Positions 1-9,900 of a stretch of 64,000 nucleotides of DNA are shown in pieces. Each line of letters opens with the position of its first letter. Positions within the stretch are counted from its first letter, which is position 1. The DNA is from Myxococcota bacterium (lineage in GTDB: Bacteria; Myxococcota_A; SURF-8), in contig CAXXQS010000002.1 in assembly GCA_963674735.2 (NCBI GenBank), positions 672,001 to 736,000 on the forward strand, written 5' to 3'. The notes beneath the pieces are model-generated. The model saw nothing but the letters and a program-made list of their open reading frames with translations, made no database searches and had not been told where the DNA came from. The position numbers were made by a program, and so were the translations under genes.

Positions 1-15
1 CGATTGAACCGTTTC

Positions 16-1413
16 TCAGATCGCCAGTTGCAGCAGCACGCGCACGCGCAGATCGTTTCGGTCGTCGACGCCGTCCCGGTAGTCGTGCAGGCAAAAGCCC
101 ACATCGTTTTTCAACACCAGATGGCTGTCGAAAAAATGGAAGTTGAGCGCCGCCACGAATTCATGCTCCGCAAGCACGTTTCCAGCCTGGCCATACTGCT
201 CCGTTAAATCGTCTCGTTCATCGGCTTCCGCCTGGGCCAGAATATTCTCGGCATGCTTGCGGGCATCCTGGCGCAGGTCGCCGGTCGTCGCCACGAAGGC
301 ATAAGAAAAAGCCAGCTCCACCCAGTCGTTCAGCAGATAGCCGGTCTGCAGCAGGAACCCGTGGAAACCGACCTGCCAGTCATGATCGTCCTGAGTGGCT
401 TCGGTCACGCCGAGGTAGTAAATCAACGCCAGCGAATAGCCATGCACCTTCAGCAAAAACTCGGGGGCCAAACGCAAAGCCATGTCGCGCTCACGCTTGG
501 GCCGTAGAATGACACTACTGCTCAATCCGCTGGAAAACCGAAAACCACCCTTTTTAAAATCGGAGAAGCGGCGCGTATTGATACCCGCGTGGTTGTAAGC
601 GATATGCGCCGCCAGACCGGGATGAAATTCGTCCTGCGGCGCCGGATCGGTCAGGGAGGACGGACTGGTCAACTTTTCACCATACATCTTGGCCACACCG
701 ACCCCGTGAGATTTACGCGCGTTCCGGCCGCTGTAAATTCCCGCCTGATACTCGATACGCGGCGGTTTCGACTTACCGTTATGCAACGTCAGACCCAGTT
801 GCCGCTCGGTACCGAAATACGGCGACACCAAAGCCCAGTCCGCAATCATCTGGTCCTTATCGGAGTTCTGGCGGTAGCGGGTGAAAGGCGCTTTTGCTTG
901 ACCAATTTCCAGTTGCACCTGGGGCGTAAACGCGACGTTGAGTGTCGCGTCCAGCAGTTCCAGCGACCCCGGCGACAGATTGAACTGCAGGAAGTAAGAC
1001 AGGTTTTCCGCAAACAGACGTCCTTTAAACGAGGTACGGATACGCCGGAACTTGAATTCCGTGTGGGTATCGGCGGTATCGGCATCATCGAAGTCGGTGC
1101 TGTCGAGTTGCAGCAGCATCTGCACCCGCAATCCGAAGGTCAGGCTATTGCGTCCGTCGGCGCTTTCGAGCGTGAGCTTGGGCGATAGTTTCGAAGCGGA
1201 CGGCGCTGTTTTCGCCGGATCGGATGTTCCCGCAGCTTCTGTTATGATACCCGACGTCGGCGATGGCGGGGCGTCTTGCGCCTGCGCCGGAGAAACAAAG
1301 CCACCCGCCAGCAAACCCAGGATAACCAGACCCAGCAATTCGATCCGCACAACACAACCCTGCACCTGCACACCCGGCCACTCTCGACGTCCCCTACCCA
1401 TCCGATCGTTCAT
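16..1413 (-). CDS. Outer-membrane porin, phosphate-selective porin O/P-like
   Basis: Signal peptide (…AQA|QD), FRRIRTSFKG and LEIGQAKAPF motifs typical of OprO/P-like porins, amphipathic beta strands, C-terminal RVLLQLAI. Confidence 0.7.
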   Translation of the reverse strand: MNDRMGRGRREWPGVQVQGCVVRIELLGLVILGLLAGGFVSPAQAQDAPPSPTSGIITEAAGTSDPAKTAPSASKLSPKLTLESADGRNSLTFGLRVQMLLQLDSTDFDDADTADTHTEFKFRRIRTSFKGRLFAENLSYFLQFNLSPGSLELLDATLNVAFTPQVQLEIGQAKAPFTRYRQNSDKDQMIADWALVSPYFGTERQLGLTLHNGKSKPPRIEYQAGIYSGRNARKSHGVGVAKMYGEKLTSPSSLTDPAPQDEFHPGLAAHIAYNHAGINTRRFSDFKKGGFRFSSGLSSSVILRPKRERDMALRLAPEFLLKVHGYSLALIYYLGVTEATQDDHDWQVGFHGFLLQTGYLLNDWVELAFSYAFVATTGDLRQDARKHAENILAQAEADERDDLTEQYGQAGNVLAEHEFVAALNFHFFDSHLVLKNDVGFCLHDYRDGVDDRNDLRVRVLLQLAI

Positions 1414-1576
1414 TCGCCTCGCTCCTCTTCATGGATACAAATAAATACGGATTGCGTTTCTTCTTTATCCACGAGCGCACCGGGATTGTTAATCCAATGT
1501 TAGCGCCGCACCGGGGCGAGTGTAATTGAGGAGATGAAAGCGGGCAAGAAGAAAAGAAAAAGTTCGGCGCAGACCG

Positions 1577-2404
1577 TTACTTGCGTAAGGCGGTGATGTC
1601 GTCGAACAGAGTGACGAAGTAGCCGGGTTTCGGGCAAAAAACGGTGACGTAATACCAACAATCCACATGATCGGCATAAAACTCGTAACGGGCGGTTTCA
1701 CCGCTGATCGCCACATGGGCGAAGCGCTCCAGCCAAATACGACCGCCGTTGTCGAGACCGGGCAGCACCTCCGAGGCGCAATGATAGAGGGTTTCCGCTT
1801 CACTCATTCCAAAGATGCTTTCGAATTCGTGGTTAAGCTCCAAAAATTCGAAATCCACAACATCCCCGGCTTCGTTCTGGATGACCCGAAAATAGCCGAA
1901 CCCGACCGGCATGCTTTCGAACAGCGCGACATGCTTCTCCTCGCTCTCTAAAAGAGCCGACGTTCGCAGATCCACCTGTCGTTCCAACTCCCGCCGGTAA
2001 TTCAGATTTTCGGCTTCGAGTTGGTTTTTTTCCTGTTCGAGAATGGTAATACGCACGGCCGATCGGACCACCTGCAAAATAGTGGTTTTGGAAACCGGTT
2101 TACTCAGATAATCGAAAGCCCCGGCCCGCAGCGCTTCAGCGGCTGTTTCCACCGCAGGCTGGCCGGTAATTAGAATGACCTTGGTGAAGGAAGACAGTTG
2201 GCTAATCCGACGAACCAGGTCGACCCCGCTTGTTCGAGGAAGAAAGATGTCGGTAATCACCACCTCAAAACTCATCGACTGAATCAACTCGACCGCGGCC
2301 TGTGCATCTGCAGCTTGGTGAACCTCGTAATTGTCTTCCTTGAGAAACTCGGTCAGCGTGATTCGCATTCCTCGTTCATCATCGACGACCAATACGCGAG
2401 CCAT
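1577..2404 (-). CDS. Response regulator: REC + coiled coil + PAS domain, no output domain
   Basis: VLVVDDE, TDIFLP (phospho-Asp), ITG and KP motifs; PAS domain ending in FDDIT. Confidence 0.8.
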   Translation of the reverse strand: MARVLVVDDERGMRITLTEFLKEDNYEVHQAADAQAAVELIQSMSFEVVITDIFLPRTSGVDLVRRISQLSSFTKVILITGQPAVETAAEALRAGAFDYLSKPVSKTTILQVVRSAVRITILEQEKNQLEAENLNYRRELERQVDLRTSALLESEEKHVALFESMPVGFGYFRVIQNEAGDVVDFEFLELNHEFESIFGMSEAETLYHCASEVLPGLDNGGRIWLERFAHVAISGETARYEFYADHVDCWYYVTVFCPKPGYFVTLFDDITALRK

Positions 2405-2631
2405 GCGGTGCTCCTATTCCCGTTCGTCGGCACACAAACACACACGACAGCCTCGCCGTTCGAACGTTCAACCCCCGAAAATGCTTCAATGAACCGCCCT
2501 TACAAGAAGGTGCGCGATGTCAGGCCCTGCTCTTCGATTTCATTGAATCAGAATCAACCAAGCTTGTCCAGGGTTTTCCACATTTCGGTGATTTTCAGAT
2601 CTTATAAAAGCGAGTATTCGGTTCTTCAATT

Positions 2632-3780
2632 CTATTGAATCACCGATAAAAAGTATCCCGCCACGACGGCCGATCCGATTACACCCGCGACGTTCGGCCC
2701 CATGGCGTGCATCAAGATGAAATTGTTGGGATCTTCTTTGGAAGCCATTTCCTGCGATACTCGCGCCGCCATCGGCACCGCCGACACCCCGGCCGATCCG
2801 ACCAGCGGGTTGATTTTGTTTTTAGAAAACAGATTGAATAGTTTGACAAGCAAAATCCCCCCCGCCGAACCGCAGGAAAAAGCAACCAGACCCAAGAGCA
2901 GAATCTTAAGCGTGGCCAGGTTCAAAATATTCTCGGCTCGCAGGGTGATTCCGATACAAAGCATCAGGAAAATAGTGACCAAATTCAGAAGTTCGTTCTG
3001 AGCCGTTTTGTTCAATCGTTCCACCACTCCCGACTCGCGGAAGATATTGCCGATCATGAACATGGAAACCAGCGGAGCCGTCATGGGAATCAGAAGAATA
3101 ATCACGATCATGAGCAAGAGCGGGAACAGGATTTTAGCGGCTTTGTTCACCTGCTTGGGCGGCTCCATGCGGATCAGGCGCTCCTTGCGCGTGGTCAGCA
3201 AGCGGGCGATCGGCGGCTGGATAACCGGCACCAATCCCATATAACTATACGCAGTTACAGCCGTGATTCCCAACAAATGCGGAGCCATACGCGCCGAAAC
3301 AAAGATCGTCGTCGGTCCGTCGGCCCCACCGATGATGCCGATCGCGCAGGCTTCGCGCAGATCGAATCCCAGCAAAATCGCACCCATGAAAGCCACAAAA
3401 ATTCCAACCTGGGCGGCCGCTCCCAGAATGATCAGGCGGGGATTGGCCATGAGCGGACCGAAATCGGTCAGAGCACCCAGCCCGAGAAAAATCAGCGGCG
3501 GCAGAATATTGTTCAGATACAAGGTGTAATGGAAAAGCAAACCTAGCACACCCGAGGCCTGCATTTGATCGGACACCATACCCACCTGATGGCCCGGCAG
3601 ATTGATCAGGACAGCCCCCAACCCAATAGGCAGCAATTCGTAGGGCTCGTAATGCTTCACCACAGCCAGGTAAATGAAGATCAACCCCACCCCGATCATC
3701 ATCACATGTCCGAGGGTAAGATGGTAGACACCCGTCTCCACGACAAACATCTGTAACATATCGGCGAATCTGTCGAACAT
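2632..3780 (-). CDS. oadB: Sodium ion-translocating decarboxylase beta subunit (OadB/MmdB/GcdB family)
   Basis: YEPYELLPIG, IGIIGGADGPT, AYSYMGLVP, GVSAVPMAARV and HAMGPNVAGVIGSA signatures; start set at MFDRF (ATG 3780) after an AGGAAG SD. Confidence 0.93.
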   Translation of the reverse strand: MFDRFADMLQMFVVETGVYHLTLGHVMMIGVGLIFIYLAVVKHYEPYELLPIGLGAVLINLPGHQVGMVSDQMQASGVLGLLFHYTLYLNNILPPLIFLGLGALTDFGPLMANPRLIILGAAAQVGIFVAFMGAILLGFDLREACAIGIIGGADGPTTIFVSARMAPHLLGITAVTAYSYMGLVPVIQPPIARLLTTRKERLIRMEPPKQVNKAAKILFPLLLMIVIILLIPMTAPLVSMFMIGNIFRESGVVERLNKTAQNELLNLVTIFLMLCIGITLRAENILNLATLKILLLGLVAFSCGSAGGILLVKLFNLFSKNKINPLVGSAGVSAVPMAARVSQEMASKEDPNNFILMHAMGPNVAGVIGSAVVAGYFLSVIQ

Positions 3781-3803
3781 TCGATACCGCTTCCTGTCCG
3801 CGC

Positions 3804-3870
3804 GGCGGACGCCTGGCCGTTTTCCGCAACTGCGCCCGTCAACAGACAACCGGATCGGGCGCATAACCGC
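3804..3870 (-). ncRNA. Putative Na+-sensing riboswitch (DUF1646 RNA motif-like) in the oadB 5' UTR
   Basis: Minus strand reads GCGGUUAUGCGCCCG…GUUGACGGGCGCAGUUGCGGAAAACGGCCAGGCGUCCGCC; 8-bp stem (3831-3838/3856-3863) plus a small second hairpin; lies between a sigma70 promoter and a Na+ pump gene; similarity to the motif is from memory, not computed. Confidence 0.65.
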
Positions 3871-3887
3871 ATGCCTTGAATGCAACA

Positions 3888-3916
3888 TGAATACGCTGGC
3901 AAAGGAATTTTGTCAA
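3888..3916 (-). promoter_or_regulatory. sigma70-like promoter for the oadB leader
   Basis: TTGACA-17 nt-TATTCA on the minus strand, just after the upstream gene's terminator. Confidence 0.6.
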
Positions 3917-3936
3917 CTGTGTGCCGCCCTGAATAC

Positions 3937-3969
3937 AAAAAAACGGCCGACTCAAAAGCAGTCGGCCGT
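3937..3969 (-). terminator. Rho-independent terminator of the giant Cys-rich gene
   Basis: ACGGCCGACT/AGTCGGCCGT stem followed by a T-run on the minus strand. Confidence 0.85.
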
Positions 3970-3994
3970 CACGTCACCGGTGATAGCACAGCCT

Positions 3995-6900
3995 TCAGGG
4001 AGCGCAGGTGCCGTTGTCGACGTTCGTGCATCCGCTCACGGCGTCGCAGGCGTCGTCGGTGCACACATCATCATCATCGCAACGATCGTGGCGCAAAATG
4101 AGCTGACAGCCCGTTTCCTCGTCGCAGGTATTTTCCGTACAGACGACCCCATCATCGCATAGGAAATCCTGCGGGACCGCGATGCAATCGCCACTTGACG
4201 GATCGCAAAGGTCGTCGGTGCAATCGATCTCGTCATCGCACACCACGGGTTCGCCCGCCTGACAACCGCTTCCGACCACACAGTTTTCCAAGCCGTTACA
4301 GGCATTCCCATCATCGCAGCTCAGATCGTCGGGCGTATTGACGCACAAGTGGCTCTCGGAATCGCAGGTGTCGACCGTACAGACGATCTTATCGTTGCAT
4401 TGACCGGCTGTCGTGCAATACGGAATACAAGCCCCGTCGATGCAGGCTTCGGGCACATTCGGGATAAGATCACAGGCACTCTCATCCGGCGCGTTCTGCC
4501 GGGTACAACCCGTCCCGACTGCACACGTATCGATCGTACACGGATTCCCGTCCTCACAATCCAATTCAAGCGCACCTTCCTCGCACATGCCATCGACACA
4601 GACATCGCCCACCGTACAGACATTCTCATCGTCGCAGGGCAAGCCATTGACCTTGATGCCCGTGCAGCCGGATTCGGCCAAACAGACGTCCACCGTGCAC
4701 GGGTCCGCATCGTCGCAAACGATGGTTTCGGTAACCGTGCAGACCCCATCGAGACATTGGGCGGCAGCGGCACAGAGATTGTCGCTTTCGCAAGCGATTC
4801 CCGTCAACGGTGTCAAGACGCAGCGGCCGGTCGGATCGCAGGCGGCAGCCATGCAGGGGTTGTCGCTTTCGCACAAGCGCGGATCCCCGGCACACACGCC
4901 GGCTTGGCAACGATCGTCGGACGAACAGGGATCGCCATCATCGCAAGCCGTTCCGGTCAGGGGCTCGTGCAGACAGCTTTCTTCAGCCGTACAGGAGTCG
5001 GCTGTGCAGGGGTTGAAGTCGTTGCAGTCGACAGCCCCGCTCCCGACACAGAAACCGGCCATGCAGACACTCTGGGCGGTACAAGGATCGCCATCATCGC
5101 AGGCATCGCCGGTTTGTTTTTCGTTGACGCAGCCATAAGGCGGCCAGCAGATATCGGTGGTGCAGACGTTGTCATCGTTGCAGGTTTCGTGCATCGGATC
5201 GTGAACGCAAGCATCCGTCCCGACATCACAGCGGTCGACCGTGCAAGCTAACCCGTCGTCACAGTCCGGCGGGTCGATATAAACGCATCCCTGTGCCGTA
5301 CAACTGGCCGGACCCTCACAGAAGTTGCCGTCGGGACACTGCAACGAATGTTGACAGACGCCTTCTTCACAGGTGTCTTCCGTACAAGTCAACCCGTCGT
5401 CACAGTCGCCGGGCACCTGACATTCGCGCACGCAGATTCCGTCGGCACAAACACCCGGACCGACTTCCGCAATTTCGCAGGATGTGCCGTCTTCGGCATG
5501 ACCGTACTGACAGCCGCTGGTCGAACTGCAACCCGTTTCAACGGTGCAGGGATCGTCGTCATCGCAATCGATGGTTGTGCCACCGCAGAAGATACCCGCG
5601 CACACATCACCGGTGGTGCAGGCGTTGTTGTCATTGCAACTTTCGCCGTTGCGTGAATTGTGCTGGCAGGGCTGCTGCGGATCGCCGAAGGGGTTGCAGA
5701 GGTCTTCGGTGCAGGGATTCTGGTCGTTGCAATCCACCGGCACCGTGATTTCGCAAGTCCCGTTGACGCAACTTCCTTCATAAGCACAGATGTCATCCTC
5801 AGCGCAATTCCCCGCGTTGTTGCGGAAGTGACTGAAACAACCGATGGCCGGGTGGCAGCCGTTCCATAAGCAAGGCGTTTCTTCGCCGCAATCGATCGGA
5901 TCGCCCGGAATGCAGATCCCGTTTGCGCACAAACCTTCAGGCGCGCAAAGATCGCCGGTCGCACAAAGTTCATCATTCAGGAAATGCCGCACGCAACCGG
6001 CATCCGGATCGCAGGTCACGTCGGAACAAGGATTGCCGTCGTCGCAGAGCTGATCGTTGGGAGTGAAGAGACATTGGCGGCTCTCTTCATCGCAGCGATC
6101 TTCGGTGCAGGGCACGCCGTCGTTGCAATCGATGGGACGGCCCGCCTGGCAGCCGAAAGCCAGGTGACAGGTTTCCACGCCGTTGCAATACGCCCCGTCG
6201 TCACACAAGGCATTGTCGGCCAGATACCGGCACCGACCCCAGATGGGGTCGCAGACGTCCACGGTGCAGGCTACGCCATCGTCGCAGTCCGCATCGAGCA
6301 GACAGGCTCCGGCACACTGGCCGCTGATGCACACGCCATCGTTGTCGCAGGCCGCGCCATCGGAAACCGGCGTATTCAAGCATCCCCACAATGGGCTGCA
6401 CTCATCCGGGTCCGTACAAGGATTATCGTCGTTGCAATCGCGCGCGACACCGCCGCAGACTCCTTCCGTACAGGTATCGTTCACGCTGCAGGGATCGCCG
6501 TCATCGCAGGCCAGGCCGCTTAGAAGAGTCGATTCGCAGCCGGTCGACGGATTGCAAACATCGGCGGTACAAAATTCGCCGTCGTCGCAGGCAAGATTTT
6601 CCGCATCGTGGACGCAACCGCCTTGTCCCTCGTCGCAACGGTCGCGGGTGCAGGCAATTCCGTCGTCACAGTCGACTTCTTGATCGGAGATACACCCGAC
6701 GAAGGGCGCACAGATTTCGGATCCGGTGCACACCAAGCCATCATCGCAAGCCCCATGATCGGGGACATATTCACAGCGCCCAGTGGCTGAATTGCAGGTT
6801 TCGGCACTGCAGGCCACTCCATCGTCACAATCGGAGTCGACTTGGCAGTTGCGTAAAACACAGAATCCAGCCTGACACACACTTTCCAAACCGATACCCC

Positions 6901-9900
6901 AGAGATTACAGCTGCCGCCGTCGGCGACCGGCGTGTGGGTACAGCCACCGGCTTCGCTACAGCCATCGTTCGTGCAGGGGTTGTGGTCATCGCAGTCCAG
7001 CGCCCATCCGGAACGGCAGGCTCCGGTCGCGCAGGCTTCCCCGACCGTGCAGCGCAATCCATCATCGCAGGGACCGGCCAAATCGGAGACCAAGCACTGG
7101 CCATCGTCACAGGAAGCGCGGCGACAGACATTGGTCGTCGAACAGGCGGCCGGGTTGTCTTGATAGTAACAACCGATCAGCGGATGGCAGAAATCGGAGG
7201 TGCAAACGCTTCCGTCGGTGCAGTCCAGTTCCTCACCGACACAGTCGCCTTGGGCATCGCAGGCATCGTCGGTGGTGCACAGATTGCCATCATCGCAGAC
7301 GTTGAAATTGGGTTCGCTTTCACAACCCGCTTCCGTGCAGACTTCGTCGGTGCAGGGATTGCCGTCTTCGCATTCGGCGTCCAGATAGTCGATTTCGCAA
7401 TCGCCGGTCGACTCATTGCAATAATTGTGCGTACAGGCGATCGCGTCCTCACACACAACCGCCTCGCCCGCGAGACAGCCCTGAACCGGATCGCAGGTTT
7501 CGACACCGTTGCAAAGCAGGCCGTCGTCGCACAATTCATCCGCATCCCGATGTTCACAAGTCAATGTGACGGGATTGCAGAAATCCACCGTACAGCCCAC
7601 GCCATCGTCACAGTCACCGTCGCCCAGGCAGCTGGCCACGCAGACACCGGCGAGGCACAAACGCGGCAGACCGCCGGGATCGCCGCAGGCCGTGTAATCC
7701 GCCAAAGCGGTAAACACGCAACCGCTAGCCGTGCAGGCACCGGCGGTGCAGGGATTGCCGTCGTCGCAATCGAACGGCGTTCCCACGCAGCGACCGCTCA
7801 CGCAGGTATCCCCGACCGTGCAAGGATCGGCATCGTTACAGGCGCCTTCCACATTCACATACGCACAGTCGTTTTCGGTGCAATAGCCCGCACGACAGAC
7901 AGTCGCGCTGACACAGGCGCCGTCGTCGGGAGTATGAGTGCAGTCTTGAAGCTCGTTATCGCATTCGTCGAGCGTACAGTTCGTTTCATCGTCGCAATCG
8001 ATCGGCTCTCCATCGAGACAACCGAGCGTGGGGTGACAGCTTTCTTCGCCGTCGCACCAATTGGTATCGAAACAGCGGTCATCGACGGCCGTGTGCACGC
8101 AGCGGCCGATGGCCGTGTTGCAAGTATCCTCGGTGCAATCGATTTCGTCATCGCAGTCGTTGTCGTTATTGCATTTGGCGGCGCAATAACCATCCAGACA
8201 CACCATCGGCCCCAGCAGGTTATTTCCGCAACCGGTGTTATCCTCGGCGAGAACGTAGGTACATCCCTCCAAGGTGCAAAGATCTTCTATCGTGCAGGGA
8301 TTGTTATCCTCGCAACGCTCATGAATCGGTGTGAACTCGCAACCGAAAAGATCGTCGGCGCAATGATCCTGGGTACAGGCCACTCCGTCGTCGCAGGAAA
8401 TATCGCCGTTTGAAACACAGCCCTCTTCTTCCGTGCAGATTTCGTCGCCCGTACAGGTCTGGCCGTCATCGCAATCGCGCGGTTCTCCCACGCAAACGCC
8501 CTCGATACAGATGTCGGGATCGGTACAGAACTGGCCGTCGTCGCAAGATCCGCTCGCATATTCAGATACGCAGCCGACACCCGCCACGCAGCGCTCGTAC
8601 GTACAGGGATTGCCGTCTTCACAGACAAGCCGCACACCGCTCGCCCCACAGACGCCTCCGCTGCACCGATCCAGCAAGGTACAGGGATCGCCATCGTCGC
8701 ACGATCCCTCGACCGGCAAAAACACACAGCCTTCACCTGCACGGCAGACATCGGCCGTGCATAGGTTGAAGTCGTCACACAGCAGATCGCGGCTTTCATG
8801 CACGCAGCGATCGTTCAATTCATCACAGGCATCAGCCGTACAGTTGAACGGATCGGCGCAGTCGATCGGGTCGCCGTTGCGACAACCGAAAAGGACATCG
8901 CAAATTTCCACGCCGTTGCACCACTGGCCGTCGTCGCAGATATCGGATCGCGACTCATGCCGACAGTAACCGCTGGACTCGTCGCAGTAGTCGTAGGTGC
9001 AATCGATGAAGTCGCGGCAATCGGCATCGGTATCGCAGGGCGCAACACACTGGCCGTCGAGACAGATTTCGGTGATCCCCGGAATCAGGTCGCAGGGTGA
9101 GTTATCGGCCACCGCCTGATGGGAACACCCTTGCCCCGGCACACATTCATCGGGGCTGGTGCAGGGATTGTTATCTTCGCAGGCCAGATCGTTGGGGGTA
9201 TGGACGCATTCGGCGCGGTTTGTCCCTTCCTGACAGCTATCCACCGTACAGGCGATCCCGTCGTTGCAACCGACGGGATAAGGCGACGACACACCGCTTT
9301 CCGGGTCGCAAACCTCCGGACCGTTGCAGAATAGGCCGTCGCTGGGATCGGCCAAACTGCCGCGGCACGAACCGCTCGAACAGCTATCGCCGCCGGTGCA
9401 GGGATTGCCGTCATCGCAGGCTTCGTTTTTGGCCGGGTAGATACACCCGCGCACGGCATCGCATTCGTTGCGCGTACAGGCGTTTCCGTCATCGCATACG
9501 CGCGTATCCCCCACACACTCACCGGCTTCACAACGGTCGTTCTCGGTGCAAGCATCGCGGTCGTTGCAAACTCCCTCGATGGGAGTGTGCGCACAGCCGG
9601 TTTGCGGATCGCAGGTATCGGCGGTACAAGGCTTGCCGTCGTCGCAATCGTCGACCGCTCCGACGCATTGCCCGCGAACGCAACGATCGGCCTGCGTGCA
9701 AGGATCTTCATCGTTGCAGTCGGCCGTGTTGAACGGATAGAAGCAACCCCGGATTTCGCTGCAATCTTCGTCGGTGCACACCTGGCCATCGTCGCAGGGA
9801 CGCACATCTTTCGGGTTTTGGCAGCCGATTCCCGGCGTGCAGCGGTTTTGCGTGCAGAATTTTCCATCGTCGCAGTCGTCGGCATTTTCGACGTCGTCGC

